DNA of 64,000 nucleotides from Myxococcota bacterium (GTDB taxonomy: Bacteria; Myxococcota_A; Polyangia; Nannocystales; Nannocystaceae): assembly GCA_039028615.1 (NCBI GenBank), contig JBCCHT010000002.1:384001-448000 (forward strand), read 5' to 3'. The position numbers were made by a program, and so were the translations under genes. Position 1 is the first letter of the stretch. Each line of letters opens with the position of its first letter. Below the pieces are notes generated by a model. The model was not told where the DNA came from and ran no database searches. It worked only from the letters and a program-made list of their open reading frames with translations. Positions 1 to 11,289 of this stretch are shown here, in pieces.

Positions 1-5
1 ACATC

Positions 6-1469
<1,464 letters not shown>

Positions 1470-1473
1470 CGCC

Positions 1474-4449
1474 CTACTGGGCCAGGAACGCCTCGATCTT
1501 CGCCCGGACCTCGGGATCACCGGTCGCGTAGAACGTCTCGGCGGCGGTCGCCAGCTCGTTGGCCCGGGCTCGATCCCCGCCGCCTCGGGCGAGCGCCTGG
1601 GCCAGCGTCCACTCGGCCTCGGCCCGAAGCTCGGGCACACCGACGCGCGCCGACCGGATGCGTAGCGCTCGAGTGGCGGGCTCGATCGCCGCGGCGGCAT
1701 CGCCCAACGCCAGCTGGGCCGCCGCGATCCCGACCAATCCGTACGAGACGTCGAGATGGTCGGGCTCGTGTACGGCCGTCGCCACGGCCGAGGACCGCTT
1801 CGCCGCCGCCAGCGACTCGGCGTGTCGCCCCAACCCGGCGAGCGCCTGGGCCAGGTTCGCGTGCGCGATCACCAGGTGGGGATGCTCGGCCCCGTGCGTC
1901 TGCTCGAGCAACGCCATCGCCTCACGGTGGTGCCCCAGCGCGGCCTCGAAGTCGCCCATACTCAGCTCGGCCGTCCCCAGGTTCGACAACAAGATGCCGC
2001 GCACGGGGTGCTCGGGCGGCAGCGAGGCGTCGACGATGGCGAGCGCACGCCCGTAGGCTCCCGCCGCCCCCTCGGCGTCCCCCAGCACGTCGTAGACCAT
2101 CCCGAGGTTGCTCAGCATGGGCATCAAGTCCACGTGCTCGCGGCCGAGCGCCTTTTCGACCTCGGCCACGCTGCGCTCGATCATGGGGCGAGCGTCGGCG
2201 CTGCGTCCCTGCTCGTGCAGCATGAGTGCCACGCTCATGCGAGCGGCCGCCACCGCGGGGTGCCCCGGGGGAAAGCTCTTTCGCGCCACGGCCAGCCCAC
2301 GCCGCTGGATCTCCGCCGCTTCCTCGATGGCCCCGACCCGCCGCAGGTTCTCGGCCAAGCCGCCCAGCGCCCCGACCATCTTCGGGTGCTCGACGCCCAG
2401 CGCCGCGCCCAAGCGCTCGACGCCCTGCCGCGCCAGGTCGACCGCCTCGTCGTAGTCTCCACGCTCGCGATGGATGCTCGCCAAGGTCGCCGCGACCTCG
2501 GCCATCCCGGGGTGTCGTGCGCCCAGGCTGGCCTCGCCCGCGGCGGAGGCCTGCTCGGCCAAGCGCAGCGCATCGTCGAAGCGCCCGTCGTCGCGCGACA
2601 GCTTCGCCAGCATGTGCTTGGCCTGGAAGATCTGCGGGTCGTCGTCCTTCACCCCGGACCGACGAGCCAGGGCCAAGGACAGCTCGATCCACCACGCGCC
2701 CTTGGCCGCGGCTCGCTGACGCACGCCGATGACGGTGGCGAGGTCGGCCGCCAGCACGCTCGCCAGGTGGACCGACCCTCCTTCCATGGCGAGCACGAAC
2801 ACCCGGCGATACCCCTGCTCGGCCTGCTCGTAGCGCTGCTCGAGCTCGTCGATGCGCGCGAGCATCTGCCCGGCTCGCACCACCCCTCGACCGAAGTCGA
2901 TGGCCCCCGCGTCCGCCTGCGTCCGCTCCAGGGTCTCGCGAGCCGCCTCGCGGCGACCCGCGAGCAGATCGCCCTGCGCTTTCGCCAGCGCCGCCTCCAA
3001 CGCGCGGCGCTGTGCCCCTTGCTGGGGGTCTCCGAGCTCGACGGGCAGGTGATCGAGATAGCGCTCGTCCACGCAAGAGTCGAGTAGAGGCAGCGCGGAG
3101 GTCATCGCCACCGCGCCATCCACGATCCCCGCGTCGGCTTCGGCCAGCACCTCGATCGTCGCGGCGAAGCGCTGGCGACGTTCCTCCAGGCATACCGCCG
3201 AGACCTCGGCCCGCTCTCGATCCCAGCGCCCTTCGATCTGGGTCACCACGCAGGCCGCGGTCCGGGCCTCGGCCCACCCCTTCGCCGTACGGTCGAGCCA
3301 GGGCTCGATGCGCTCGACGGTGTCCCGCGCCCGCGGCAGGCCCGTGGCCAGCAGGCCCTCCGAGGTTCGCCGTCTGGCCTCGTCGTTCCACACCTCGTCG
3401 ATGGAGGCCCCTTCGCGCTCGCAAGCCTCGACCGCCCGGGCATGCAACAGACGCTCGCCGCCGACCAACCCGCCGACCAGGGCCGCGCCCCCGATCACCA
3501 GCCCCACGCGGCGACGCGTCCGCGAGGGGTCTCGGGACAGCTCCAGCAACAACGCGCCCATGTCCGGCCAGCGCTGCTCCGGTCGCAGCGCGAGTCCACG
3601 ACGCAGCGCCGCGCGTACGTGGGCCCCGACCTTGATGTTCGTCGGCTCACGAAGCTCCCCCGCCGTGACGTTGGCCGCCAGCTCGGCGAGGGTGTCTCCA
3701 CCGAACGGGTGCTGCCCGAACAGCGCGCTCCACAGCGCGACACAGAACGAGAACTGGTCCGTCTGCGCCGTCAGCTCGGCTTCGGCGAACTGCTCGGGCG
3801 CCATGAATCGCGGCGTGCCGGCCAGCGCCCCGCCGGTCTGGGCCGTGCTCGCATCGTCGACCTCGGCCAGCTCGTTCACCGACCGAATGCGCTGCGCCAG
3901 CCCGAAGTCCATCACTTGCGCGCGTGGAACCGAGATGGGGCCATCCGCCCCGATCATCACGTTGTCCGGCTTGAAGTCCCGGTGGACCAGGCCGCGCTGG
4001 TGGGCGGCCGCCAGCCCGTGTCCCGCTTGCACGAACACGTCGAGGATCTCGCGGACGCTCCGCTCGCCACGCGAGCACCACGCGGCCAGCGTGACGCCCT
4101 CCACGAAGTCCATCGCCAAGAACACCCGGCCGCGCTCGATCCCCACGTCGTGGATGGCCACGACGTTGGGGTGACTGACCCGCGCGAGCGCCTGGGCCTC
4201 GGACAAGAGGCTCTCGGCCGCGGGCGTCGGGGTCCCACCACCGGTCGGCGCCAGCAGCTTCACGGCGACCTTGCGATCGAGCTGCGGATCGTAGGCCGAG
4301 TACACGACCCCCATGCCTCCGCGCCCGACCCGCTCGATGAGCACATAGCGACCGATGCTGGCCCCGACCTCGAGGGCAGGCTCCAGGGGCGCTCGCAGGC
4401 TGCCCTGTTCCCCCACCTGGGTCTCGTCGCCACTCGACGCGTGACTCAC
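1474..4449 (-). CDS. Ser/Thr protein kinase with C-terminal TPR repeats
   Basis: GRGGMGVVY, VAVK, HRDFKPDN, DFG, GTPRFMAPEQ; TM segment; repeated 'LGxxHP' TPR units. GTG at 4449 chosen because the longer ORF overlaps the divergent gene. Confidence 0.95.
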   Translation of the reverse strand: MSHASSGDETQVGEQGSLRAPLEPALEVGASIGRYVLIERVGRGGMGVVYSAYDPQLDRKVAVKLLAPTGGGTPTPAAESLLSEAQALARVSHPNVVAIHDVGIERGRVFLAMDFVEGVTLAAWCSRGERSVREILDVFVQAGHGLAAAHQRGLVHRDFKPDNVMIGADGPISVPRAQVMDFGLAQRIRSVNELAEVDDASTAQTGGALAGTPRFMAPEQFAEAELTAQTDQFSFCVALWSALFGQHPFGGDTLAELAANVTAGELREPTNIKVGAHVRAALRRGLALRPEQRWPDMGALLLELSRDPSRTRRRVGLVIGGAALVGGLVGGERLLHARAVEACEREGASIDEVWNDEARRRTSEGLLATGLPRARDTVERIEPWLDRTAKGWAEARTAACVVTQIEGRWDRERAEVSAVCLEERRQRFAATIEVLAEADAGIVDGAVAMTSALPLLDSCVDERYLDHLPVELGDPQQGAQRRALEAALAKAQGDLLAGRREAARETLERTQADAGAIDFGRGVVRAGQMLARIDELEQRYEQAEQGYRRVFVLAMEGGSVHLASVLAADLATVIGVRQRAAAKGAWWIELSLALARRSGVKDDDPQIFQAKHMLAKLSRDDGRFDDALRLAEQASAAGEASLGARHPGMAEVAATLASIHRERGDYDEAVDLARQGVERLGAALGVEHPKMVGALGGLAENLRRVGAIEEAAEIQRRGLAVARKSFPPGHPAVAAARMSVALMLHEQGRSADARPMIERSVAEVEKALGREHVDLMPMLSNLGMVYDVLGDAEGAAGAYGRALAIVDASLPPEHPVRGILLSNLGTAELSMGDFEAALGHHREAMALLEQTHGAEHPHLVIAHANLAQALAGLGRHAESLAAAKRSSAVATAVHEPDHLDVSYGLVGIAAAQLALGDAAAAIEPATRALRIRSARVGVPELRAEAEWTLAQALARGGGDRARANELATAAETFYATGDPEVRAKIEAFLAQ

Positions 4450-4543
4450 CTCGAAGAGCCTACCAAGACCCCCGACGACCCATGCACCCCGAGGAGGTCC
4501 AGGCCGGGACAGCGAGCGGGCAACACCCCTGGTACAAGTCCGC

Positions 4544-6190
4544 ATGAGCGGAGCACGCAAGGCCGCGCCTCCGGTCACGCTCGAGCGCTGCCGCGACCCC
4601 GGCTTCACTCCCGGAGTTCGCGACGTCCCGGCGTTACTCGAGCTGTGGACCAGCCTGCGGGACAGCGGCCAGCGCAAGGCAGCGGACCACGTCGTCAAGG
4701 CGCTCGCGCGAGCGGACGACGGCGTCGCCCGGGTGCTCCTCCGCGACTTCGAGACGGCCCCGGCCGATCACCGCACGCTGACGGTACGGGCCCTGTCGCG
4801 CCTGTCGTCGCGGCTCACCCTGCCCGACTGGCCCGACCTCGTCGCTCGCGCGCTGCGGGACTGGGAGCCACGGGTGGTGAGGGAAGCCGCGCGGGCGGTG
4901 GGCAAGCTCGACGACCCCGACCCCGCGACCTACGAAGGCCCGCTGCTGACGATCTACGAGGGCGCTGCCCTTCCCGAGCGACGTGCCGCCATCGAGGCGC
5001 TGGGCCGCATTGCCGGGCCTCACCTGTGCGAGCGCATCGAAGCCACCCCCTGCGACGATGCGGATCTCGAACGTCGCCGGGCCGAAGCGCTGACCCTCAT
5101 CACTCGTCGGGCCGATCGCGAGACCCCGGGGCGCATCGTCCCCTCCGCGGCCCTGCCCGAGCCCACCCTCGTGTGGCTACGCGGTCGCGAGGGAGTCAGC
5201 CATACCGTCGCCGACCAAGCCGAGCGCCGACTCCAGGCCCTGAGCCCGCACGGCCTGAGCATCGAGATCGTGGGCGACGACACCGTCGAGCTACGCTGGG
5301 CCGGCGACCTCGAGGCCCTGTATCGAGTCCGAAGCGCCATCGAGGTCGCCCTGGTGTTTCCCCTCCCGGCGGGCGCAGACCTGGTGTCGCGGATCGTCGA
5401 GGGGCTCGAGCAACCCGCGCTGCTCGCAGCCTTGGCCGCGTGGACCGAAGGCCGCCCGCGCTTCCGCCTGAGCCTGGCCTCGGGCGGACGTCGCCGCGCC
5501 GACCTGTGGTCGGTGGCCCGCCGCATCGCCTCGCGCAACAGCCCGCTCGTCAACGACAGCCGCGAAGTGTGCTGGACGGTCGAAGTCGACGAAGCGGGCG
5601 GGCGCCTGTTGTGCCTGCCCCGCGAGGCCGACCCCCGCTTCCGCTATCGCAAGGCCGACGTGCCCGCGGCCACCCACCCCACCTTGGCCGCCCTGCTCGC
5701 GTGGGCCGGGCAGCCACGCTTCGGCGAAGTGGTGTGGGACCCCTTTTGCGGCAGCGGCTCGGAGCTGGTCGAGTGCGCCCGCATGCAGCCCGGCTTGCAC
5801 CTGTGCGGCACGGACACCAGCGCGGCCGCGATCGCGGCCGCCCGTCAGAACTTCGAGGCGGCACAGCTGGACGTCGACAGCGTCGAGCTCATCCAGGGCA
5901 GCGCGATCGACCAACGCCCCTCGCACGTGCCGGTCTCCTTGATCGTCTCGAACCCCCCGATGGGCCGCCGCGTGATGGTCGACGGCACCGGAATGCGCCA
6001 GCTGCTGCAGGACTTCGTCGCCCGGGCGGCCCAGCTGCTCGCGCCCGGGGGCCGGGTGGTGTGGCTGTCGCCCGCCCCCCGATCGACCGCGCACGCGGCC
6101 GAACAGCTCGGCATGTCGGCCGAAGACTTGCCCGCGGTGGACATGGGCGGGTTCACGGCAACCCCGCAGATCCTCCGCAAGCCGCTTTGA
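4544..6190 (+). CDS. HEAT-repeat domain fused to an RNA-methylase-like class I SAM methyltransferase (UPF0020/RlmL-Trm14-like)
   Basis: N-terminal HEAT-like units (PRVVREAARAVGKL, ERRAAIEALGRIAG); C-terminal DPFCGSGS motif I and SNPPMG motif IV. Confidence 0.8.
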   Translation: MSGARKAAPPVTLERCRDPGFTPGVRDVPALLELWTSLRDSGQRKAADHVVKALARADDGVARVLLRDFETAPADHRTLTVRALSRLSSRLTLPDWPDLVARALRDWEPRVVREAARAVGKLDDPDPATYEGPLLTIYEGAALPERRAAIEALGRIAGPHLCERIEATPCDDADLERRRAEALTLITRRADRETPGRIVPSAALPEPTLVWLRGREGVSHTVADQAERRLQALSPHGLSIEIVGDDTVELRWAGDLEALYRVRSAIEVALVFPLPAGADLVSRIVEGLEQPALLAALAAWTEGRPRFRLSLASGGRRRADLWSVARRIASRNSPLVNDSREVCWTVEVDEAGGRLLCLPREADPRFRYRKADVPAATHPTLAALLAWAGQPRFGEVVWDPFCGSGSELVECARMQPGLHLCGTDTSAAAIAAARQNFEAAQLDVDSVELIQGSAIDQRPSHVPVSLIVSNPPMGRRVMVDGTGMRQLLQDFVARAAQLLAPGGRVVWLSPAPRSTAHAAEQLGMSAEDLPAVDMGGFTATPQILRKPL

Positions 6191-6421
6191 GAATGTAGGT
6201 CCCAACCCTTCAATGCGCCGCGTCCTGCGCTAGGTCCGGGCTCCAGCGCGTTCGCGCGGGCGAATCGAGGTGGGCGATCCAGCGCACGAACGTCGACCGA
6301 GGCCCGCTGGCGTCGCATGGCCTCGCACGCGGATGCGGGCTGACACGCCGTCCACGGCCGCTTTGCCGGCCTCCACTGGCCGCGGTACGAGGTTTCCGCT
6401 ACCTTTTCGCGCGCTCGTACG

Positions 6422-7069
6422 ATGAGTTTGACAGAAGAATTCCTCAAGTTTTCGCTGCTCGGGGCGGAGTGGGTCCTTTGGCTACTCGTCGTGCTCAGCG
6501 TCCTCAGCGTCTACGTCATGATCGAGCGGGCGCTGTTCTTCCGCGGGGTCTCCGGGGCCGACGCGGAGCTCCGACGCAAGCTGCTGTCCCAGCTGTCCGA
6601 GGGCGACCGAGAGGGCGCCGCCAAGACGGTCAAGGACGCCAACGGCCCGGGTGGCCGCATGGTCCGCGAGATGCTCGGTCAGGCCGAGCACGGCAGCGAG
6701 GCCATCGAGGCCGCCCTCAATGCGGTGCGCCCCGAAGAGCGCGTGCGGTTGGGCAAGAACCTCAGCTTCCTCGGCACCCTGGGCTCCAACGCTCCCTTCA
6801 TCGGCCTGTTCGGTACCGTCCTCGGCATCATCAAGGCCTTCAAGGACCTCGCCGAGTCCGGGCTCAAGCCGGGCGGCGAGACGAGCACCGAGGTCATGGC
6901 CGGTATCTCCGAGGCCCTGGTCGCCACCGCGGTCGGCCTGCTCGTCGCCATCCCGGCCGTCGTCGCCTACAACATCTTCCAGCGCCGCGTGAAGCGAACG
7001 CTGGGCGAGGCCGAGAGCCTGGCCAACACCGCTCGCTCGCTCATCGCGGGCCGCGACGAGGAGAAGTAG
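6422..7069 (+). CDS. exbB: MotA/TolQ/ExbB proton channel family protein
   Basis: LGTLGSNAPFIGLFGTVLGII and GISEALVATAVGLLVAIPA signature helices. Confidence 0.93.
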   Translation: MSLTEEFLKFSLLGAEWVLWLLVVLSVLSVYVMIERALFFRGVSGADAELRRKLLSQLSEGDREGAAKTVKDANGPGGRMVREMLGQAEHGSEAIEAALNAVRPEERVRLGKNLSFLGTLGSNAPFIGLFGTVLGIIKAFKDLAESGLKPGGETSTEVMAGISEALVATAVGLLVAIPAVVAYNIFQRRVKRTLGEAESLANTARSLIAGRDEEK

Positions 7070-7073
7070 ACCC

Positions 7074-7508
7074 ATGGCAGGCGGGGCCGACTTCGACGAC
7101 GAGGGTGAGATCACCGGGATCAACGTGACCCCGCTGGTCGACGTGGTCCTCGTGCTGCTCATCATCTTCATGGTGACGACGTCGATCATCACCAACCCCG
7201 AGGGGCTGCGGGTCGACAAGCCCGAGGCGGCCAGCGGCGAGTCGGTCGATCGACTCAGCGTGCTGCTCGTGTGCCGCCGCGACGGGTCCACCGCGGTCGA
7301 CGGCGTCGAGGTCGAGACCGACGCCGAGATCCGGGCCGAGATCAAAAAGAAGCTCAAGCAAGACCCCGATCTCCAGGGGATCGTTCAGTGTGACACCAAG
7401 GCCGAAGTCGGTCGCATGGTCCACCTCATCGATTTGCTCCGGGCCGAGAAGGTGATGAAGTACGCCATCGCCACCGAAAAGCCCCCCAAGGAAGAAGCCG
7501 GCGGTTGA
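7074..7508 (+). CDS. exbD: ExbD/TolR biopolymer transport protein
   Basis: INVTPLVDVVLVLLIIFMVT motif; 4 bp after exbB. Confidence 0.93.
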   Translation: MAGGADFDDEGEITGINVTPLVDVVLVLLIIFMVTTSIITNPEGLRVDKPEAASGESVDRLSVLLVCRRDGSTAVDGVEVETDAEIRAEIKKKLKQDPDLQGIVQCDTKAEVGRMVHLIDLLRAEKVMKYAIATEKPPKEEAGG

Positions 7509-8362
7509 GCCTCCACTCCCAGTTCGACGAACAAGACGAGTCACCCGGACGGTGGCCGCTCTTTCTGTTCGTCGCGTCCGTGGCCTTCCACGTGGCGATC
7601 TTCTACACGCTCCACGAGATGCCGGAGCCCGAGGCGGACTACAAGCCGACGATCTACGAGGTCGCGGTGGTCGATCCCCCGGAGCCCGAGCCGGAGCCCG
7701 AACCCGAGCCGGAGCCTGAACCCGAGCCGGAGCCCGAACCCGAGCCGGAGCCTGAACCCGAGCCGGAGCCGGAGCCCGAGATCAAGCCTCCGCCCAAGCA
7801 GAAGCCGCCTCCCAAGAAGCAGCCGCCCAAGCAGCCGCCGCCCGCCGACGAGCTGCCGCCGCCGCCCAAGTTCCGCCTGCCCACCGACCAGACCGTTCCG
7901 TCCGGCACGGGCAGCCCCGTCTCCGTCAACGCAGGCGGCACCACGACCCCGACGACCGGCGGCTACACCAAGGGTTCCGACGACGGCAAACCCGGCGGCA
8001 AGAAGGGCAGCAAGGGCAAAGGCACCGGGGGCACCGGGGACGCGCCCACCGGTCCCAAGTGGGCGCCCAAGAGCGACATCTACATCAAGAAGTTGCCGCT
8101 GCCCAAGAAGCGCCCGCCCAAGCTCCAGTGTCCGGCCAGCCGCGACCAGGGGATCTTCGGCACCGTCGTGCTCAGCATCGACGTCCGCACCGACGGCACC
8201 ATTCGCCGGGTCCGCGTGATCCGAGGCATCGGGGGCGGCTGCGACGCCATCGCCAAGAAGGCGATCAAGAAGATGACCCTCAGCCCCGCGATGGGCACCG
8301 ATGGCAAGAAGGCCGACTACGCCGGCCTCCGCTACGAGTACGTGTTCGACCCGCCGAGCTGA
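7505..8362 (+). CDS. tonB: TonB-family energy transducer
   Basis: N-terminal TM with SxxxH (SVAFH), long EP then KP/PP spacer, C-terminal TonB_C-like domain (GTVVLSIDVRTDGTIRRVRVIRGIGGGCDAIA); 4-bp overlap with exbD. Confidence 0.88.
   Translation: MSLHSQFDEQDESPGRWPLFLFVASVAFHVAIFYTLHEMPEPEADYKPTIYEVAVVDPPEPEPEPEPEPEPEPEPEPEPEPEPEPEPEPEPEIKPPPKQKPPPKKQPPKQPPPADELPPPPKFRLPTDQTVPSGTGSPVSVNAGGTTTPTTGGYTKGSDDGKPGGKKGSKGKGTGGTGDAPTGPKWAPKSDIYIKKLPLPKKRPPKLQCPASRDQGIFGTVVLSIDVRTDGTIRRVRVIRGIGGGCDAIAKKAIKKMTLSPAMGTDGKKADYAGLRYEYVFDPPS
7680..7780 (+). repeat. 6-bp period coding repeat encoding the (EP)n spacer of TonB
   Basis: gagccg/gagccc/gaaccc/gagcct units in tandem. Confidence 0.9.
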
Positions 8363-8383
8363 CCCTGCGTCGCCCCGGCTCGC

Positions 8384-9754
8384 TCAGCGCTCGTCGGCCC
8401 CGATGTCGGGCCGCTCGTCGCGGAGCTGCCCGTCGATGTCGTAGAGCACGGCGTCGTCTCCCAGCTGCACACCCGCGTCGATCGCCGACGCCCCGTCGAT
8501 GAGGTGGACGTCGCCCCCGAGCGGATCGACGAACTCGTTGAGCTCGGCCAGCAGGTTGCCCGCGACCGGCACCCCGGCGTCGTCGCGATCGAGGATCTCG
8601 TTGGTCACCAGGTTGTTGACCACCCGCGCCTGCGTGTTGGGGAAGCGGTACTCGATGGAGTTGTAGGTCTCGATGGCGGAGACCACCGTGTTGTGCACCA
8701 CCGTCGCCCCGCACACGTTCCACAGCCCGATGCCGGTGTCGAAGCCCACCTCGGAGGCAGCGATGCCCGTGCCCGTGGCCATGACCATGTTGTTGCGCAC
8801 CACCCCGCCCTGGTGGTCGAAATAGGAATCCCCGCAGGGGCTGTCGTCGAAGCTCCGCCGCGGCTCGGCGTCCTCCCACAACCCGAGGATGATGCCCTGG
8901 GTGCAGTCTTGCACCACGTTGTGCTCGACCACGGTGTGGGCCGAGGTCTCGAGGAAGCGAATGCCCGCCCCGCCGTAGCCGGTGGAGCACCACATGCCTT
9001 CGATGTAGTTGTCGCGGATCGTCCAGCCGAAGGTCGCGAAGCCGGCCACGGCCGAGACCCCGTCGCACGCTTCGCCCAGCTCCTGGCGCCCCTCGTCGGT
9101 CAGCTCGATGGTGGAGCAAGCCAGGGTGCCGTCGTCGGCAGGGAACTCGGCGTAGCTCGGGTTGACCTTGAACGCCGCCGCGATCGGGTCGATGAGGTGC
9201 AAGCGATAGCCCTGCACCCGGTCCGCTGCGGCCGTTTCCGAGCCGGTCACGTGCACGAGGTGATCGGTGGGCCGGGCCAGGGTCAGCTCGGCCACCATCA
9301 CGTCGGACTGCTGAATGGTGAAGATGGTCGACGCCAGGCGCTGGCCATCGATGAGCACGTCCTCGGGCTGCCCCGTCGACGACCGCACGGTGATGCCCGG
9401 AGCGTTGGGATAAAGCGCCCGATCGATGAGGTAGGTGCCCGGGGTGAGCACGACGGTGCTGCCTTCGGGCGCAGCCTCGACGATGTCCGGCAGCTCTGCC
9501 GCCTGCTCGGGCCCGACCGTGATCACGGTGCCGGTCGGCGGCGGCAGAGGAGCGCAGGGATCCGGCCGCGGTCCTCCCGGCTCGCCCGGGCCTCCGCTCT
9601 CGTCGGCCCCGCCGCTGTCGAACCCGGTGCCCGAGTCGGCGATGGGCCCCGGCCCGGTGTCCGTGCCCGAGCCCGCCGTCGCGTCGGGATCGAAGAGCGG
9701 ATTGATCTCGCAACCCGCCAACGCGAGCGCGAATATGGCCGACCAGCGCCTCAT
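8384..9754 (-). CDS. Lipoprotein with right-handed parallel beta-helix repeats
   Basis: MRRWSAIFALALAGC lipobox; TVVLTPGTY; repeated 'IRDNYIE/VEHNVV/VRNNMV/VVHNTV'; C-terminal SAIDAG...DIDGQLR...PDIGADE. Confidence 0.8.
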   Translation of the reverse strand: MRRWSAIFALALAGCEINPLFDPDATAGSGTDTGPGPIADSGTGFDSGGADESGGPGEPGGPRPDPCAPLPPPTGTVITVGPEQAAELPDIVEAAPEGSTVVLTPGTYLIDRALYPNAPGITVRSSTGQPEDVLIDGQRLASTIFTIQQSDVMVAELTLARPTDHLVHVTGSETAAADRVQGYRLHLIDPIAAAFKVNPSYAEFPADDGTLACSTIELTDEGRQELGEACDGVSAVAGFATFGWTIRDNYIEGMWCSTGYGGAGIRFLETSAHTVVEHNVVQDCTQGIILGLWEDAEPRRSFDDSPCGDSYFDHQGGVVRNNMVMATGTGIAASEVGFDTGIGLWNVCGATVVHNTVVSAIETYNSIEYRFPNTQARVVNNLVTNEILDRDDAGVPVAGNLLAELNEFVDPLGGDVHLIDGASAIDAGVQLGDDAVLYDIDGQLRDERPDIGADER

Positions 9755-9830
9755 CGACAGCTCCGTCGACAGGGTACCCATGGGGCCCGACGCCGCCAAC
9801 CGGTGCGATCGTCGCGCCCGGGATTGGAGG

Positions 9831-11288
9831 CTAGGCGAAGAGCCCATCGATGCGGCCGACGACCTCACCGAGATCTTGATCGACACCGACCGCCCGCATC
9901 GCCGAGTTCAGCACGTGGCCGGGATGCATGCCGTCGGCGACCACGTGCTGGCCGGCGTCGAGACCACCGGCTCGCCCCGCGATGAGGCAGCACATGTTCT
10001 CGGTCGAGTGGGTCGACAACTCCCCTCCGCTGCCCGGGTCAAAACCGTGCCCGGCCTCGTTGAGGTGCACCAACGCGCAGCGATCGAGCACGGAGCCCCC
10101 GCCCTCGGGGGTGTCGCGGAGCTTCGCCACCAGGTACGCGAAGTGATCGATGTGCCACGCCCGCACGCGGCTCATGTCCTCGGTGGTGCCGCCCCCGTGC
10201 CCCAGCTCGTGCAGGTCGTAGGGGATGTCGGTGATGGGATGAATGTTCATGTGCGACTGCGCCATGGTCATCAGCCACGCCACCGAGCGGGTCAGGTCGC
10301 AGGTGAAGGCCATGTGGATCAAGTCGGCGAACACCCGCGCCCGCGTCGACTCGTCGCTCCAGCCCGCGTTGACGTCGTAGCCGTCGCCACCCACACTGGC
10401 GTTGTCGCCCCCGACGGCCGGGTCCTCCCCCGGATCGGGCAGCATCTGGCAGTGCCCTCCCGCGTCGGGCGGGTTGGCAGCCAAGCGCATCTCGAGGTCG
10501 CGAATCTCGTCGAGGTGCCGCTCCATGCGTCGGCGGTCGGCCGTGCCCAGCTGCGGCATGAGGGCATCGATGCTCGCCCCCACCCGATCGAGCACGGATC
10601 GGCGCTTGTCGAGCTCGTAGAGCAGGTCGGCGGCGTCTCCCGGATCGGGCGGCACGAACCCGGTGAACAAGGCCTGGTAGGCCAGGCGCGGGCTCGTCTG
10701 GCCGGGGTTGGCCACGATGCTGTCACCCTCGCGGCGATACGACAGGATGTCGCGACCATAGGGCGCACTCTGGGTGAGGTACCAGCTGGCCTGCACCTGA
10801 TAGGCCAGCGAGCGAAAAGTCGTGCCGCCGCCGATCGCCTCGGCCACGAGCTGGTCGGCGGTCGGCCCGTTGACGCCGTAGTCGTCGGTCGAGCTGTTGC
10901 GCACGCCGCTGATCAGGGGCCCCAGCGCCTGGATGTGAAAGTCCGACGCCCAGCCCCCGGCCGGGATCGGCGAGGTGCCGTAGGGGATCCGCAGGCCCGA
11001 CACCACGCTGATGTCATCGCGCACGTTGCCGTAGCCCGAAAGCGGAGCCAAGGCCGTCTTGAGGTCGTAGTCGTGCCCCACCGTGTCGGGCGCGTAGAAG
11101 TTGTGCACGGGGTCGTTGTCGGCTCCCAGCGCGCCCCCGTCGAAGCTCACCAGGAACCGATGCGGGAGCACCTCGCCCCCGGCCAGCGCCGTCCCGTGGG
11201 AATCCAGCATGATCTCGAGGGTCGGCAGCGCCACGGCCACGCCTCCCAGCCCTCGCAAGAAGGTCCGTCGTCCAAGCCTGCGTGTCAT
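9831..11288 (-). CDS. DUF1552 domain protein (Tat substrate)
   Basis: RRTFLRGLGG twin-arginine leader; RSVLD...LGTADRRRMERHLDEIRDLE; AFTCDLTR; follows a DUF1592 gene. Confidence 0.88.
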   Translation of the reverse strand: MTRRLGRRTFLRGLGGVAVALPTLEIMLDSHGTALAGGEVLPHRFLVSFDGGALGADNDPVHNFYAPDTVGHDYDLKTALAPLSGYGNVRDDISVVSGLRIPYGTSPIPAGGWASDFHIQALGPLISGVRNSSTDDYGVNGPTADQLVAEAIGGGTTFRSLAYQVQASWYLTQSAPYGRDILSYRREGDSIVANPGQTSPRLAYQALFTGFVPPDPGDAADLLYELDKRRSVLDRVGASIDALMPQLGTADRRRMERHLDEIRDLEMRLAANPPDAGGHCQMLPDPGEDPAVGGDNASVGGDGYDVNAGWSDESTRARVFADLIHMAFTCDLTRSVAWLMTMAQSHMNIHPITDIPYDLHELGHGGGTTEDMSRVRAWHIDHFAYLVAKLRDTPEGGGSVLDRCALVHLNEAGHGFDPGSGGELSTHSTENMCCLIAGRAGGLDAGQHVVADGMHPGHVLNSAMRAVGVDQDLGEVVGRIDGLFA

Positions 11289-11289
11289 C

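Noticed and set aside
6191..6421. Possible cobalamin riboswitch or Fur box upstream of exbB
   Set aside because: No B12-box or AT-rich Fur palindrome recognisable
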